DNA from: Eubacteriales Family XIII. Incertae Sedis bacterium
Lineage (GTDB): Bacteria; Bacillota; Clostridia; Peptostreptococcales; Anaerovoracaceae
Direction of reading: 5' to 3'
DNA: 60,369 nucleotides
NCBI GenBank assembly: GCA_031276135.1
Contig: JAISNR010000087.1
Span: 1-60,369 of the forward strand
Part shown: positions 1-8,928 of the stretch, piece by piece
Numbering within the stretch: the first letter of the stretch is position 1
Layout: every line of letters starts with the position of its first letter
Position numbers and translations under genes: made by a program
Notes under the pieces: model-generated
Told to the model about the DNA's origin: nothing
Seen by the model: the letters and a program-made list of their open reading frames with translations, nothing else
Databases searched by the model: none

Positions 1-837
1 GGGAAAACCGCGAAGAGCATACTCATTTCCTGCGGCGCAAGGCTTGCGCCGTTCGACATCGCCGAGATTCGGGACATCACCATGTACGACGAGCTTGAGC
101 TTGACACCCTCGGCGACGAAAAGACCGCGCTGTTCATCATCATCAGCGACACCGACGACAGTTTTAATTTTTTGGTGTCAATGTGCTACACGCAACTGTT
201 CAACCTTTTATGTGAAAAGGCCGACGACGTCTACGGCGGCAGGCTCCCCATCCACGTTCGGTGCCTCATCGATGAAGCCGCGAACATCGGGCAGATTCCC
301 AAGCTGGAGAAGCTGATGGCGACCATCCGAAGCCGTGAAATCTCCGCTTGTCTTGTCCTGCAGGCGCAATCTCAGCTAAAGGCACTGTACAAGGACAACG
401 CCGATACCATTGTCGGCAATTGTGATTCGGCCATTTTTCTCGGCGGCAAGGAAAAAACCACGCTGGAGGACTTGTCTAAAATTTTGGGCAAGGAAACCAT
501 TCACAGCGTGAGCACCAGCGAGACGAAGGGCAACAGCCCGTCCTACGGCAAGAATTATCAGCGGCTCGGCAAGGAACTGATGACGATGGACGAACTGGCG
601 GTTTTAGAGGGAGATTCCTGCATCCTGCAGCTTCGCGGCGTGAGACCGTTCCTCAGCAAAAAGTACGACATCACGCGCCATCCGCTGTACCGCCGGCTTT
701 CCGATTTCGACAAGCGCAACCGCTTCGACGTGACCAAGTATCTCTCAACCGCTTTGAAGGTTAAGCCTACGGACACGTTCGAGGTCATTGATGTGGAACT
801 GCCCGAACCGCCGCCACCCGAAGCCTTCGCCGCGTAG
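1..837 (+). CDS. Type IV secretion coupling protein (VirD4/TraG family), C-terminal part; the 5' end lies outside the window
   Basis: Frame 1 is open from nt 1 (GKTAKSILISCG...) into the listed 82..837 ORF. The peptide ...ALFIIISDTDDSFNFLVSMCYTQLF...IHVRCLIDEAANIGQIPKLEKLMATIRSREISACLVLQAQSQLKALY... has the Walker-B-like hydrophobic-DE core and the 'lvlQs.sQL...Y' segment typical of TraG/VirD4 coupling ATPases. Conjugation genes follow directly. Confidence 0.8.
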   Translation, partial: GKTAKSILISCGARLAPFDIAEIRDITMYDELELDTLGDEKTALFIIISDTDDSFNFLVSMCYTQLFNLLCEKADDVYGGRLPIHVRCLIDEAANIGQIPKLEKLMATIRSREISACLVLQAQSQLKALYKDNADTIVGNCDSAIFLGGKEKTTLEDLSKILGKETIHSVSTSETKGNSPSYGKNYQRLGKELMTMDELAVLEGDSCILQLRGVRPFLSKKYDITRHPLYRRLSDFDKRNRFDVTKYLSTALKVKPTDTFEVIDVELPEPPPPEAFAA

Positions 838-838
838 C

Positions 839-877
839 CCGCCGTTTCCCCCGTTCAAGGGGAGCGGCGGCTCTTTT
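839..877 (+). terminator. Candidate rho-independent terminator after the coupling-protein gene
   Basis: Imperfect GC-rich hairpin CCGCCGTTTCCCC-(loop)-GGGGAGCGGCGG followed by CTCTTTTCATTT, immediately after the stop codon at 835..837. Confidence 0.45.
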
Positions 878-970
878 CATTTCCCGGGTCAAACGGGCGC
901 AAGCCCTGTGACAATCCCCGCGCCGTATGGCGGGGCAAAAAGTATTTCCCAAATTTTAGGAGGTTTTTGC

Positions 971-1186
971 ATGAATTTCTTCACAGAGGCGATCAATACC
1001 CTCTCCATTCTCGTTGTGGCGCTTGGCGCCGGCCTCGGCGTCTGGGGCGTTATCAACCTTTTGGAAGGGTACGGAAACGACAATCCCGGCGCGAAAAGTC
1101 AGGGGATCAAGCAGCTAATGGCCGGCGGAGGCACAATTTTGATCGGGCTGAATTTGGTGCCGTTGCTGTCCGGTCTGTTCGGTTAA
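971..1186 (+). CDS. Small two-TM conjugation protein (Maff2-family-like)
   Basis: ATG at 971 is preceded by TTAGGAGG (955..962). The 71-aa product MNFFTEAINTLSILVVALGAGLGVWGVINLLEGYGNDNPGAKSQGIKQLMAGGGTILIGL... has two hydrophobic helices around a GYGNDNPG loop. It occupies the position after VirD4 that is typical of Clostridia ICEs. Confidence 0.75.
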   Translation: MNFFTEAINTLSILVVALGAGLGVWGVINLLEGYGNDNPGAKSQGIKQLMAGGGTILIGLNLVPLLSGLFG

Positions 1187-1191
1187 CAACC

Positions 1192-2061
1192 ATGAGTTGG
1201 CTGACCGATTGGTTCACGGACTGGCTCAACCGGAGCCTGATCGACGCGATCATGGAACGGTTCGACGGCATGTACGACTCAATCAACGCGCGGGTCGGCG
1301 AGATTGCCGTGGACGTCGGTCAGACACCGGAGTCATGGAACTCCGACGTCTACTCCATGATCAGGACTCTGTCCGAGACCGCCGTCATACCCATAGCCGG
1401 GATGATCCTCACGTTCGTGATGTGCCACGAACTGATCAGCATGATCATCGAGCGCAACAACATGCACGATTTCGAGATTTTCAACCTGTACAAATGGATT
1501 TTCAAAACTTTCGCCGCCGTCTACATTCTGACGCACACCTTTGACATCGTCATGGGCGTGTTCGGGCTGGCGCAGCAAGTGATCGGCAGCAGCGCGGGCG
1601 TGATCCGGGGCAGCCTGAACGTCGGCGCCGGGAGCGCCCTCGCGGACTTGCGGGTGATGCTGGAGGCGATGGGCACATGGGAACTCATCGGGCTGTGGCT
1701 GGAGACCTTCATCGTCAGCCTGTGTCTGCAGATTATGACCGTCGTGATTTTCATCATCATTTTCGGCCGTATGATCGAGATATACCTCACGGTTTCGGTC
1801 GCGCCCATCCCGCTGGCGACGATGGCCAACCGCGAGTGGGGGCAGATCGGAAACAACTACCTGAAGTCCCTGTTCGCGCTGGCGTTTCAGGGATTTCTCA
1901 TCATGGTCTGCGTGGCGATTTACGCCGTGCTGGTGCAGAACATCCCGTCAAGCGGTAACGCGCATGCGGCCATATGGACGACGGCGGGCCATACCGCGCT
2001 TTTGTCCTGGGCGTTGCTGAAATCGGGGTCGCTGGCCAAGAGCGTGTTCTCCGCGCACTGA
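1192..2061 (+). CDS. Polytopic conjugal-transfer membrane protein (VirB6/TrbL-like; CD0415/CD1112-family-like)
   Basis: In-frame ATG at 1192 (MSWLTDWFTDWLNRSLIDAI...). There are several long hydrophobic segments (VIPIAGMILTFVMCHELI, FAAVYILTHTFDIVMGVFGL, LIGLWLETFIVSLCLQIMTVVIFIIIFG, LFALAFQGFLIMVCVAIYAVL). Synteny with Maff2 and PrgI/VirB4 genes supports the call. Confidence 0.7.
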   Translation: MSWLTDWFTDWLNRSLIDAIMERFDGMYDSINARVGEIAVDVGQTPESWNSDVYSMIRTLSETAVIPIAGMILTFVMCHELISMIIERNNMHDFEIFNLYKWIFKTFAAVYILTHTFDIVMGVFGLAQQVIGSSAGVIRGSLNVGAGSALADLRVMLEAMGTWELIGLWLETFIVSLCLQIMTVVIFIIIFGRMIEIYLTVSVAPIPLATMANREWGQIGNNYLKSLFALAFQGFLIMVCVAIYAVLVQNIPSSGNAHAAIWTTAGHTALLSWALLKSGSLAKSVFSAH

Positions 2062-2115
2062 TTTTTCATCGCAGTTTCCATATTAAACAATATCATTTTG
2101 AAGGAGGGTTTTTCA

Positions 2116-2526
2116 ATGGCACAGGAACAAAACACCGCCGCGACCAAGATCGAGGCGCGGGCGTATCCCATCAAAAATCCGGGCAAGGGCAGCAACATGC
2201 TGGCTTACGCAAGTATCATCATTGACGACAAGTTCGCCGTGAGCGGTCTGCGCGTGCTTGCCGGCGAGAAAGGGCTGTTCGTGTCCATGCCGCAGACGCG
2301 GGACAACACGGGCAAATGGCGGGACATCTGCAATCCAATCATTCCCGAACTGCGCGGGCAGATTAACGAAAAGGTTTTGGACGAATTCGCCGCCGCGATT
2401 GACGCGCTGGCGAACGAGCGCGAGTCCACCGTGGCAAGGCTGCGCGACGCGGCAAAGACCGCGAAGGAGCGCCCCGCCGCGCCGCCGAAAGACAAAGCGG
2501 TCAAGAAGTCCGAGCCGGAACTGTGA
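2116..2526 (+). CDS. SpoVG-family-like protein carried on the ICE
   Basis: GAAGGAGGG RBS, then ATG at 2116. The peptide ...IEARAYPIKNPGKGSNMLAYASIIIDDKFAVSGLRVLAGEKGLFVSMPQTRDNTGKWRDICNPI... follows the SpoVG pattern (V.v.i.......lkA.asv..dd.f.i.glrvieg..GlFvamP). It ends in the charged tail ...KERPAAPPKDKAVKKSEPEL. Confidence 0.75.
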   Translation: MAQEQNTAATKIEARAYPIKNPGKGSNMLAYASIIIDDKFAVSGLRVLAGEKGLFVSMPQTRDNTGKWRDICNPIIPELRGQINEKVLDEFAAAIDALANERESTVARLRDAAKTAKERPAAPPKDKAVKKSEPEL

Positions 2527-2537
2527 GGAGGTGCGGC

Positions 2538-3674
2538 ATGGCAAACGACGCAATACTGTGTCTGAACGGCGAAATAAAGCCCGGTGATTCGGTGATTTCC
2601 GTGGGCGGCGGCGCTTATCGTTATCTGATCGGCGAAGTTCGCTCAATTGACGGGTCCGAAACCACTGAGCACACGACCGGTATCCGTGTCGATTTCACCG
2701 TCTTTGATTATTACGACGACAGGATCGGAGAAATCGAAGCGGCGTTCGAGAAACTCCGCGGATATGCCGCAGCTTTTGAAGACTTGCCTCTGGACGACGC
2801 GATTGTGGCGCCGGGCACATTGATCCGCTTCGGCCCCAATGACATCAGCCGCGAGGAATTGGACATGATTCTTGAAAGCGAGGAAAGCGCCGCCGCATTC
2901 TGCGACGGCGAATTTGCGCGCCGGATGGGGATAGAAATCCCCGACTCCGCGCCGGAACGGAAGGGCTATGTCGTCGCGGAGTCGGACGGCGATGGATATA
3001 TTCCCGGCGCGTTGCACATTGAGCGTAACGACAGTTTGTTCATGTACCCGAACGACAGCGAGGCGGCAAGAGCCGCCGAGGCGGACGGCGTCAAACTGAT
3101 TTATGGGCTGCCGTATATCCCGGACGGCATGTATCTCGACACGCCGGAAAACCGCGCGCTCATCGGGCGCGTTTCCGAGGAAACGAGGCTTGCCATGCCG
3201 GCGACGGGGGAACTGCTGCGAAAACTCCATGCGCGTCTGGACGAGTGCTACGGCCGCTGGGAAAACGTGACGCGGATGCGCGACAAAAAGTTCCTGTTCG
3301 ACGACGCGGAGTCAATCGCGGCGACCCGCCTGTCCTACGGGTATTTCAGGAACGAGTATGAGTTCACTGTGGGACGGGCGGAGTTCCTGCTCAAATTCGA
3401 GAACCCGCTTGATCTCCTGTCCGACCGCTGGGCGGACAGTGCGCTCCTTGTCGCCCGCCGCACCGCCAAGGCGGTTTTCGGCGACCGGAACCGGACGCCG
3501 GAGCATGGCGACTGCCGTCCGGCGTCGGAAGCGGCGAGGCAACCTCTGATCCAAACGCGGGAAGACGGCTTGACGTCCGTCCTCGACACCCTGCGCCGTG
3601 CGCGGGAGAATCCCCCGGAACACGCGCCTAACCCGGACCGGCCGGAACGGAATAAGCCCGATCATGACCTGTGA
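2538..3674 (+). CDS. Hypothetical ICE accessory protein (378 aa), acidic, with a conserved C-terminal tail
   Basis: ATG at 2538 lies after GAGGAGG. The ORF is long, has the same codon style as its neighbours, and no recognised catalytic motif. It ends ...LTSVLDTLRRARENPPEHAPNPDRPERNKPDHDL. Confidence 0.55.
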   Translation: MANDAILCLNGEIKPGDSVISVGGGAYRYLIGEVRSIDGSETTEHTTGIRVDFTVFDYYDDRIGEIEAAFEKLRGYAAAFEDLPLDDAIVAPGTLIRFGPNDISREELDMILESEESAAAFCDGEFARRMGIEIPDSAPERKGYVVAESDGDGYIPGALHIERNDSLFMYPNDSEAARAAEADGVKLIYGLPYIPDGMYLDTPENRALIGRVSEETRLAMPATGELLRKLHARLDECYGRWENVTRMRDKKFLFDDAESIAATRLSYGYFRNEYEFTVGRAEFLLKFENPLDLLSDRWADSALLVARRTAKAVFGDRNRTPEHGDCRPASEAARQPLIQTREDGLTSVLDTLRRARENPPEHAPNPDRPERNKPDHDL

Positions 3675-3691
3675 GAGGAGGAAAAATCATT

Positions 3692-5830
3692 GTGAATACG
3701 GAAAAACATATAACGCTCGGCAGTTTGTTTGACGGCATAGGGGGCTTCCCCCATGCCGGTTCTTTTTTCGGGATCGAGCCGCTGTGGGCAAGCGAAATAC
3801 TAACCCAAGCGGTGTCGGTCACAAAGCGTCATTTTCCCGCGATGGAACACGTCGGCGACATTATGAAGCTTGACGGGGCGAAACTGCCGCCCGTGGGCAT
3901 CATCACCTTCGGCTCGCCCTGTCAGGACCTTTCGACCGCCGGGCGGCGCGCCGGAATGGGCGGGGCGCGGTCGGGCCTGTTTTACGAAGCGATACGAATA
4001 ATTGACGAAATGAGGAGGGCCACCGATGGCAAATACCCAACCCACGCCGTCTGGGAGAACGTCCCCGGCGCGCTCAGTTCGGGAAACCCGCGCGGAAGCG
4101 ACTTTCGCGCCGTGCTTGAATCGTTCACAAAAACCGAAATTCCAATGCCTGCTTCCGGAAACTGGGCAAACGCCGGAATGGTGCGAAGCAAGGGAGTTAA
4201 TCTCGCTTGGAGGGTGCTTAACGCCCAACATTTCGGAGTCCCGCAACGGCGCCGCCGCGTCTTTCTTGTCTGCCGTTTTGGAGCCGGATGCGCCGGTGAA
4301 GTATTGTTTGTCGAAAAAAGCCTGCGAGGGCATCCTGCGCCGTGCGGCGAAGCGGGGCAAGGAATTGCCGCCGATGCTGCGGGAGGCGCTGGAGGCGCAG
4401 TGCCGGGAGGCGGCTGCCTGACGCCGTGGGATGTGCAGAGCCGCCGCGTTCACGCGGAGGGCGGCGCGTGGCCCGCGCTGTACGGCGCCGAGGGCGGCGG
4501 TCACGGCTACGCCGCGGTGGATTGCCTGAATCCATGGGATACCCAGCAGTCGCGGGTATTCACCGAAGACGGCGCGGCTCCTACGCTTGCCGGCGCCGAC
4601 GGCGGCGGGGGCAGGAATCCGGGCGGGCTTGTCGCGGCGTTTCTCGGCGGGGCTTCCGCGAAGTCGCGGAGCATCGGCTACAGCGAGGAGGTTTCCCCCA
4701 CGCCGGAATCCGTCGCCTGCGGCTTCTCGTCTCCCCGGCTGTGCGAACCTGAGCTTGCGCGGACGCTTACCGCGCGCGGCGACGGCAGCCCCAACCTTGA
4801 CGGCGGGCCGAACGTGGTCGCTTTGAGCGTTCATCAGAACCAAGCCGGTAACGTAAGCGTATCGGAAACGGCGTACACCCTCGCCACCAACGGCAATGCC
4901 ACCGGACGAAACGCGCCGTTGGTGGCGCATGAGAATATGGCGGCGGGCGTAACCTCCAAAGGCGACGGCGACTGTTTTCTTACGCCGGAATGCCACGGCG
5001 CGCTCTCGCGGGGCGGCGGACAAGCGGGGCAAGGTTATCCGGCCGTGCTTGTCGCGCACCCAGAGGTGTCCGGCACGCTCTGCGCGTCGGGCGCGGGTCT
5101 GTCACGCCCCGGGGGTATGGCGTCTGAACCCGACCTCTGCGTGGCTTACGCTCTCGCCGGGAATATGGTCGGGCGCCGGGAGCGCAACGGGCCCAACGGC
5201 AGCGGCGTCAGCGAGAACCTCGCGTTCACTCTGACCGCAACGGACGTCGAGGCTGTGGCCGCCGCGCTCCCGATTCCCATACAGGACAAGGCCGCGCGGC
5301 ACAACGGCGGCGGACTTACCCGCAACGGCGACGGGGCCGGAAACGGACTCGGCGTAGGCAAACCGGGAGATCCCGCGCCCACCGTCACGGCGGGCGACCG
5401 GCACGCGGTGGCGGCGGTATTTAACCGTCAGCGCAGCGATTTGTTCAAAGAAGAGGATGTAGCCTGTACCCAGGCGGCGCGGCAATACAAGGACGCGACG
5501 GATTTGGTGTGCGAATCCGGTGTATCTGCTGTTGATTGCCGCAACCATAAGGAGATCGGCGACATGTCCGGCACGCTGCAGGCAAAGAACAAGCCTGGCT
5601 ATTCGCTCAATTTTCAGAACCCGGTCAGAGCCGGCTACATCGTGCGCCGGCTCACGCCCACGGAATGCGAGCGGCTCCAGGGATTTCCTGACGGCTGGAC
5701 ACGGTTCGGCGCGGCGGGCGAGGAAATCAGCGACACGCGCCGCTATCAGATGCTTGGCAATTCGGTCGCCATCCCCTGCGTGGCGTTCGTGCTGGGCAAT
5801 ATCGCGCTTCAGATTCGAGGTGACGCCTAA
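3692..5830 (+). CDS. DNA (cytosine-5) methyltransferase with a greatly expanded variable (target-recognition) region
   Basis: Motif I LFDGIGGF, IV GSPCQDLS, VI ENVPG, VIII QRRRRVFLV, IX RRLTPTECERLQGFPDGWT, X YQMLGNSVAIPC. About 458 aa lie between motifs VIII and IX. The start is placed at GTG 3692, 10 nt after GGAGG; the GTG at 3671 is an alternative. Confidence 0.9.
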   Translation: MNTEKHITLGSLFDGIGGFPHAGSFFGIEPLWASEILTQAVSVTKRHFPAMEHVGDIMKLDGAKLPPVGIITFGSPCQDLSTAGRRAGMGGARSGLFYEAIRIIDEMRRATDGKYPTHAVWENVPGALSSGNPRGSDFRAVLESFTKTEIPMPASGNWANAGMVRSKGVNLAWRVLNAQHFGVPQRRRRVFLVCRFGAGCAGEVLFVEKSLRGHPAPCGEAGQGIAADAAGGAGGAVPGGGCLTPWDVQSRRVHAEGGAWPALYGAEGGGHGYAAVDCLNPWDTQQSRVFTEDGAAPTLAGADGGGGRNPGGLVAAFLGGASAKSRSIGYSEEVSPTPESVACGFSSPRLCEPELARTLTARGDGSPNLDGGPNVVALSVHQNQAGNVSVSETAYTLATNGNATGRNAPLVAHENMAAGVTSKGDGDCFLTPECHGALSRGGGQAGQGYPAVLVAHPEVSGTLCASGAGLSRPGGMASEPDLCVAYALAGNMVGRRERNGPNGSGVSENLAFTLTATDVEAVAAALPIPIQDKAARHNGGGLTRNGDGAGNGLGVGKPGDPAPTVTAGDRHAVAAVFNRQRSDLFKEEDVACTQAARQYKDATDLVCESGVSAVDCRNHKEIGDMSGTLQAKNKPGYSLNFQNPVRAGYIVRRLTPTECERLQGFPDGWTRFGAAGEEISDTRRYQMLGNSVAIPCVAFVLGNIALQIRGDA

Positions 5831-6234
5831 TGCCCTTCGTGCCTGTTCCCAAGGATTTAACCAAAGTCAAGACGAAAATCGCGTTAAACCTCACCAAACG
5901 CCAATTAATCTGCTTTAGCACCGCCGCCGCCGTGGGGCTGCCCGCCTATCTGCTGACCAAAGGCGCCATAGGCAACAGCGCGGCGGTGTTGCTCATGATT
6001 GGGTTGATGCTGCCGTTCTTTTTTCTCGCTATGTTTGAGAAGGACGGCCGGCCCGCCGAGAAAATCCTGCGGAATTTTATCCGCGCCAAGCTCCGGCCGG
6101 GTACGCGCCCCTACAGGACGGAAAATCTGTACAAATATCTGAGCGAAGGAGGAGAACACCTTGCAAACCAAAAACAAACGGCAGCAGACGCGCCTCGCGG
6201 AAAACGTGCGCCGGGCAAAATCAAACCGCGCTGA
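5830..6234 (+). CDS. PrgI-family / VirB3-like small membrane protein
   Basis: MPFVPVPKDLTKVKTKIALNLTKRQLICFSTAAAVGLPAYLL...AAVLLMIGLMLPFFFLAMFEKDGRPAEKILRNFI. It has two TM helices and sits directly upstream of, and overlapping, the VirB4 gene, as is usual for this family. Confidence 0.7.
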   Translation: MPFVPVPKDLTKVKTKIALNLTKRQLICFSTAAAVGLPAYLLTKGAIGNSAAVLLMIGLMLPFFFLAMFEKDGRPAEKILRNFIRAKLRPGTRPYRTENLYKYLSEGGEHLANQKQTAADAPRGKRAPGKIKPR

Positions 6235-8653
6235 CGCGAAGGCCGCCCCCCGCGCAAAGCCCCAGGCTAAGAAGCCGGCCAAGACCGCGGGAGTTTCCTC
6301 ATCCCTGTCGGCGAAGCTGTTCGGCAGGGCCGACAAGCCCCAAACATCCCAACAGTCCATTCCGTACCGGGAAATGCACCGCGACGGCGTCTGCCGCGTC
6401 ACCGACCGGCTCTACACCAAGACGATGACCTTTTCGGATATAAACTACCAGCTGGCGCAGAACGAGGACAAGAGCGCCATCTTCGACGCCTACTGTGAAT
6501 TCCTCAACTATTTCGACTCGTCCATCTCCGTTCAGCTGACCTGCGTCAACAAGCGGGTCAACGTCCGCGAGTTCGAGCAGTCCGTCGACATCCCGCGCAA
6601 GGACGACGCCTTTGACTCCATCCGGCGCGAGTACGCGGATATGCTGAAAAATCAGCTGGCGCGGGGCAACAACGGTCTTGTGAAAACGAAATACATCACC
6701 TTCGGCATCGAGGCCGATTCTCTCAAAGAAGCCAAGCCCCGCTTGGAGCGCGTGGAGGCCGACGTGCTGAACAACTTCAAGGCGCTCGGCGTGTCGGCGC
6801 GTCCGCTATCAGGCGCGGAACGGCTGGAAATCCTGCACGGCCAGCTTCACCCTGACGGAAACGAGAAGCTCCGCTTTGACTTCAAGGACATCGTCAGGAC
6901 GGGAACCTCCACGAAGGACGCCATCGCACCCACCGGCTTCGACTTCCGTGACGGGAAAACCTTCCGTATGGGAAACCATTACGGCGCGGTCAGCTTTGTG
7001 CAGATACTCGCGCCGGAGCTTACCGACCGTATGCTGGCTGACTTCCTCGATATGCAATCGCCGGTGACCGTCACCCTGCACATCCAATCCATCAATCAGA
7101 GCGAAGCCATCAAAACGGTCAAGCGCAAACTGTCGGATTTAGACAAAATGAAGATTGAGGAGCAAAAAAAGGCGGTACGCGCCGGGTACGATATGGATGT
7201 GCTGCCCGCCGACCTCGTCACCTACGGCAAGGAGGCCGCCGCGCTGCTGGGCGATTTACAATCCCGCAACGAGAGGATGTTTCTCGTTACCATCCTCGTT
7301 TTGAACACCGCGAAGAGCAAGCAGAAATTGGAGAACGACGTTTTTGCCGCGGCGGGCGTCGCGCAAAAATATAACTGCCAGCTGAAACGGCTGGACTGGC
7401 AGCAGGAGCAGGGCCTCATGTCCTCGCTTCCGCTGGGACTGAATCAGATTGAGATTCAACGCGGCCTGACCACATCCTCGACCGCTATCTTCGTGCCGTT
7501 CACCACGCAGGAACTGTTCCAGCACGGCGAGGCGCTCTACTACGGGCGCAACGCCCTGTCGGGCAATCTCATTATGGCTGACCGCAAGCGATTAAAAAAT
7601 CCGAACGGCCTGTTCCTCGGTACGCCGGGCAGCGGCAAATCTTTCAGCGCCAAGCGTGAGATCGTTAACGTGTTCCTTATGACCGAGGACGATATCATCG
7701 TCGCCGATCCCGAATCGGAATATTTCCCCATCGTCCGGCGGCTCGGCGGTCAGGTGGTGAAGCTCTCGCCCACGTCAACGCAGTATCTGAACCCGATGGA
7801 TATAAACTCAGACTACGCCGACGACGAAGATCCGCTCACGCTCAAAAGCGACTTCATCCTGTCGCTCTGCGAACTCATCGTGGGCGGCAAGGACGGACTC
7901 GCGCCGGTGGAAAAGACAATCATCGACCGCTGTGTGCGGCTGGTCTATCGGGATTACCTGACCGGCCTCGCGCGCAGCGGCGCCGCAAGCCCGGAGAAGA
8001 TGCCGGTGCTGGAGGATTTGTACAATCTCCTGCGGGCGCAGTCAGAGCCGGAGGCGCAGAATCTCGCCACCGCGTTGGAGATATACGTCACCGGCTCACT
8101 CAATGTTTTCAATCACAGGACAAACGTCAACGTTTCGAACCGCTTGGTCTGCTTCGATGTAAAGGAGCTTGGCAAGGGTCTGAAAAAGCTCGCCATGCTG
8201 ATTCTCCAGGACGCCGTTTGGAACCGCGTCACGCAAAACCGCGCAGCCAAGCGCACCACATGGTTCTACATCGACGAGATGCACCTGCTGCTCAAAGAGG
8301 AGCAGACGGCGGCATACACGGTGGAGATTTGGAAACGCTTCCGCAAGTGGGGCGGCATACCCAGCGGATTGACGCAGAACGTTAAGGACTTGCTGGCGTC
8401 ACGCGAGGTGGAGAACATCTTTGAAAACTCTGACTTCGTGTACATGCTCAACCAAGCGGCGGGTGACCGACAGATCCTCGCCGGGCAGCTTGGCATCTCG
8501 CCGCATCAGCTGTCCTACGTCACCCACTCAAACGCGGGAGAGGGTCTGCTGTTTTACGGCGATGTCATCATCCCGTTTCAGGATTTTTTCCCGAAAGAAA
8601 CCGAATTGTACTCACTTTTAACAACCCGGTTATCCGAGTCTGTTGCGGGGTAG
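6161..8653 (+). CDS. VirB4-like conjugal transfer ATPase
   Basis: TTG at 6161 lies 8 nt after GGAGG. Walker A GTPGSGKSF. DPESEY and ...WFYIDEMHLLL (Walker B-like). The N-terminal SIPYREMHRDGVCRV...YTKTMTFSDINY is typical of Firmicutes VirB4/TcpF-type ATPases. Start codon uncertain. Confidence 0.9.
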   Translation: MQTKNKRQQTRLAENVRRAKSNRADAKAAPRAKPQAKKPAKTAGVSSSLSAKLFGRADKPQTSQQSIPYREMHRDGVCRVTDRLYTKTMTFSDINYQLAQNEDKSAIFDAYCEFLNYFDSSISVQLTCVNKRVNVREFEQSVDIPRKDDAFDSIRREYADMLKNQLARGNNGLVKTKYITFGIEADSLKEAKPRLERVEADVLNNFKALGVSARPLSGAERLEILHGQLHPDGNEKLRFDFKDIVRTGTSTKDAIAPTGFDFRDGKTFRMGNHYGAVSFVQILAPELTDRMLADFLDMQSPVTVTLHIQSINQSEAIKTVKRKLSDLDKMKIEEQKKAVRAGYDMDVLPADLVTYGKEAAALLGDLQSRNERMFLVTILVLNTAKSKQKLENDVFAAAGVAQKYNCQLKRLDWQQEQGLMSSLPLGLNQIEIQRGLTTSSTAIFVPFTTQELFQHGEALYYGRNALSGNLIMADRKRLKNPNGLFLGTPGSGKSFSAKREIVNVFLMTEDDIIVADPESEYFPIVRRLGGQVVKLSPTSTQYLNPMDINSDYADDEDPLTLKSDFILSLCELIVGGKDGLAPVEKTIIDRCVRLVYRDYLTGLARSGAASPEKMPVLEDLYNLLRAQSEPEAQNLATALEIYVTGSLNVFNHRTNVNVSNRLVCFDVKELGKGLKKLAMLILQDAVWNRVTQNRAAKRTTWFYIDEMHLLLKEEQTAAYTVEIWKRFRKWGGIPSGLTQNVKDLLASREVENIFENSDFVYMLNQAAGDRQILAGQLGISPHQLSYVTHSNAGEGLLFYGDVIIPFQDFFPKETELYSLLTTRLSESVAG

Positions 8654-8688
8654 CAAGATTTCAATTTCACACATTTAGGAGGAGCGAT

Positions 8689-8928
8689 ATGATCAATATC
8701 AATGAAAAATCCCCGGATACCTATACCGCCGCGGAAGTGCCGGAGATTCTGACGCTCTTTTCCGAGGCGCCGGACGCTGCCGACAAAGCTGTCAGCGTCG
8801 CGGCGGGTTGCTTAGATTACCTTGAGTCGGAGGAGTACGGCAAGCTGTTGGAGTGGCGAGAATTCGTCAACTTTTTCACAGAGCAAGTCTCCGTGAAGGT
8901 GGGTAACGGCGCGGAGGTCGCGTTATGA
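8689..8928 (+). CDS. Small acidic hypothetical protein (79 aa)
   Basis: Strong RBS TTAGGAGGAG, then ATG at 8689. Its stop overlaps the next start (ATGA). No motif recognised. Confidence 0.5.
   Translation: MININEKSPDTYTAAEVPEILTLFSEAPDAADKAVSVAAGCLDYLESEEYGKLLEWREFVNFFTEQVSVKVGNGAEVAL

Noticed and set aside
1-30. 'GKT' at the very start of the window, considered as the Walker A motif of the coupling protein.
   Set aside because: The context (GKTAKSILISCG) is not GxxxxGK[ST]. In VirD4/TraG proteins Walker A lies several hundred residues upstream of the Walker-B region, which is seen here at about nt 120..160.
788-1191. N-terminal extensions of the Maff2-like ORF (from 788) and of the VirB6-like ORF (from 967) in the ORF track.
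   Set aside because: The extensions cross the terminator-like hairpin or overlap the preceding gene, and they lack an RBS. Internal ATGs at 971 (with a TTAGGAGG RBS) and at 1192 give products of the expected size and topology.
4026-4421. An alternative-frame ORF inside the methyltransferase whose translation looks protein-like (…SAVLEPDAPVKYCLSKKACEGILRRAAKRGKELPPMLREALEAQ…). From memory it resembles a segment seen in some C5-MTases, which suggested a frameshift or dual coding.
   Set aside because: The main frame (3692..5830) runs uninterrupted through all ten C5-MTase motifs, including the expected ...RRRRVFLVCRFGAGCAGEVLFVEKSL... continuation after motif VIII, while the alternative frame terminates at 4421. 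The resemblance is unverified recollection. It would only be worth revisiting if a profile search of the alternative-frame peptide scores significantly.
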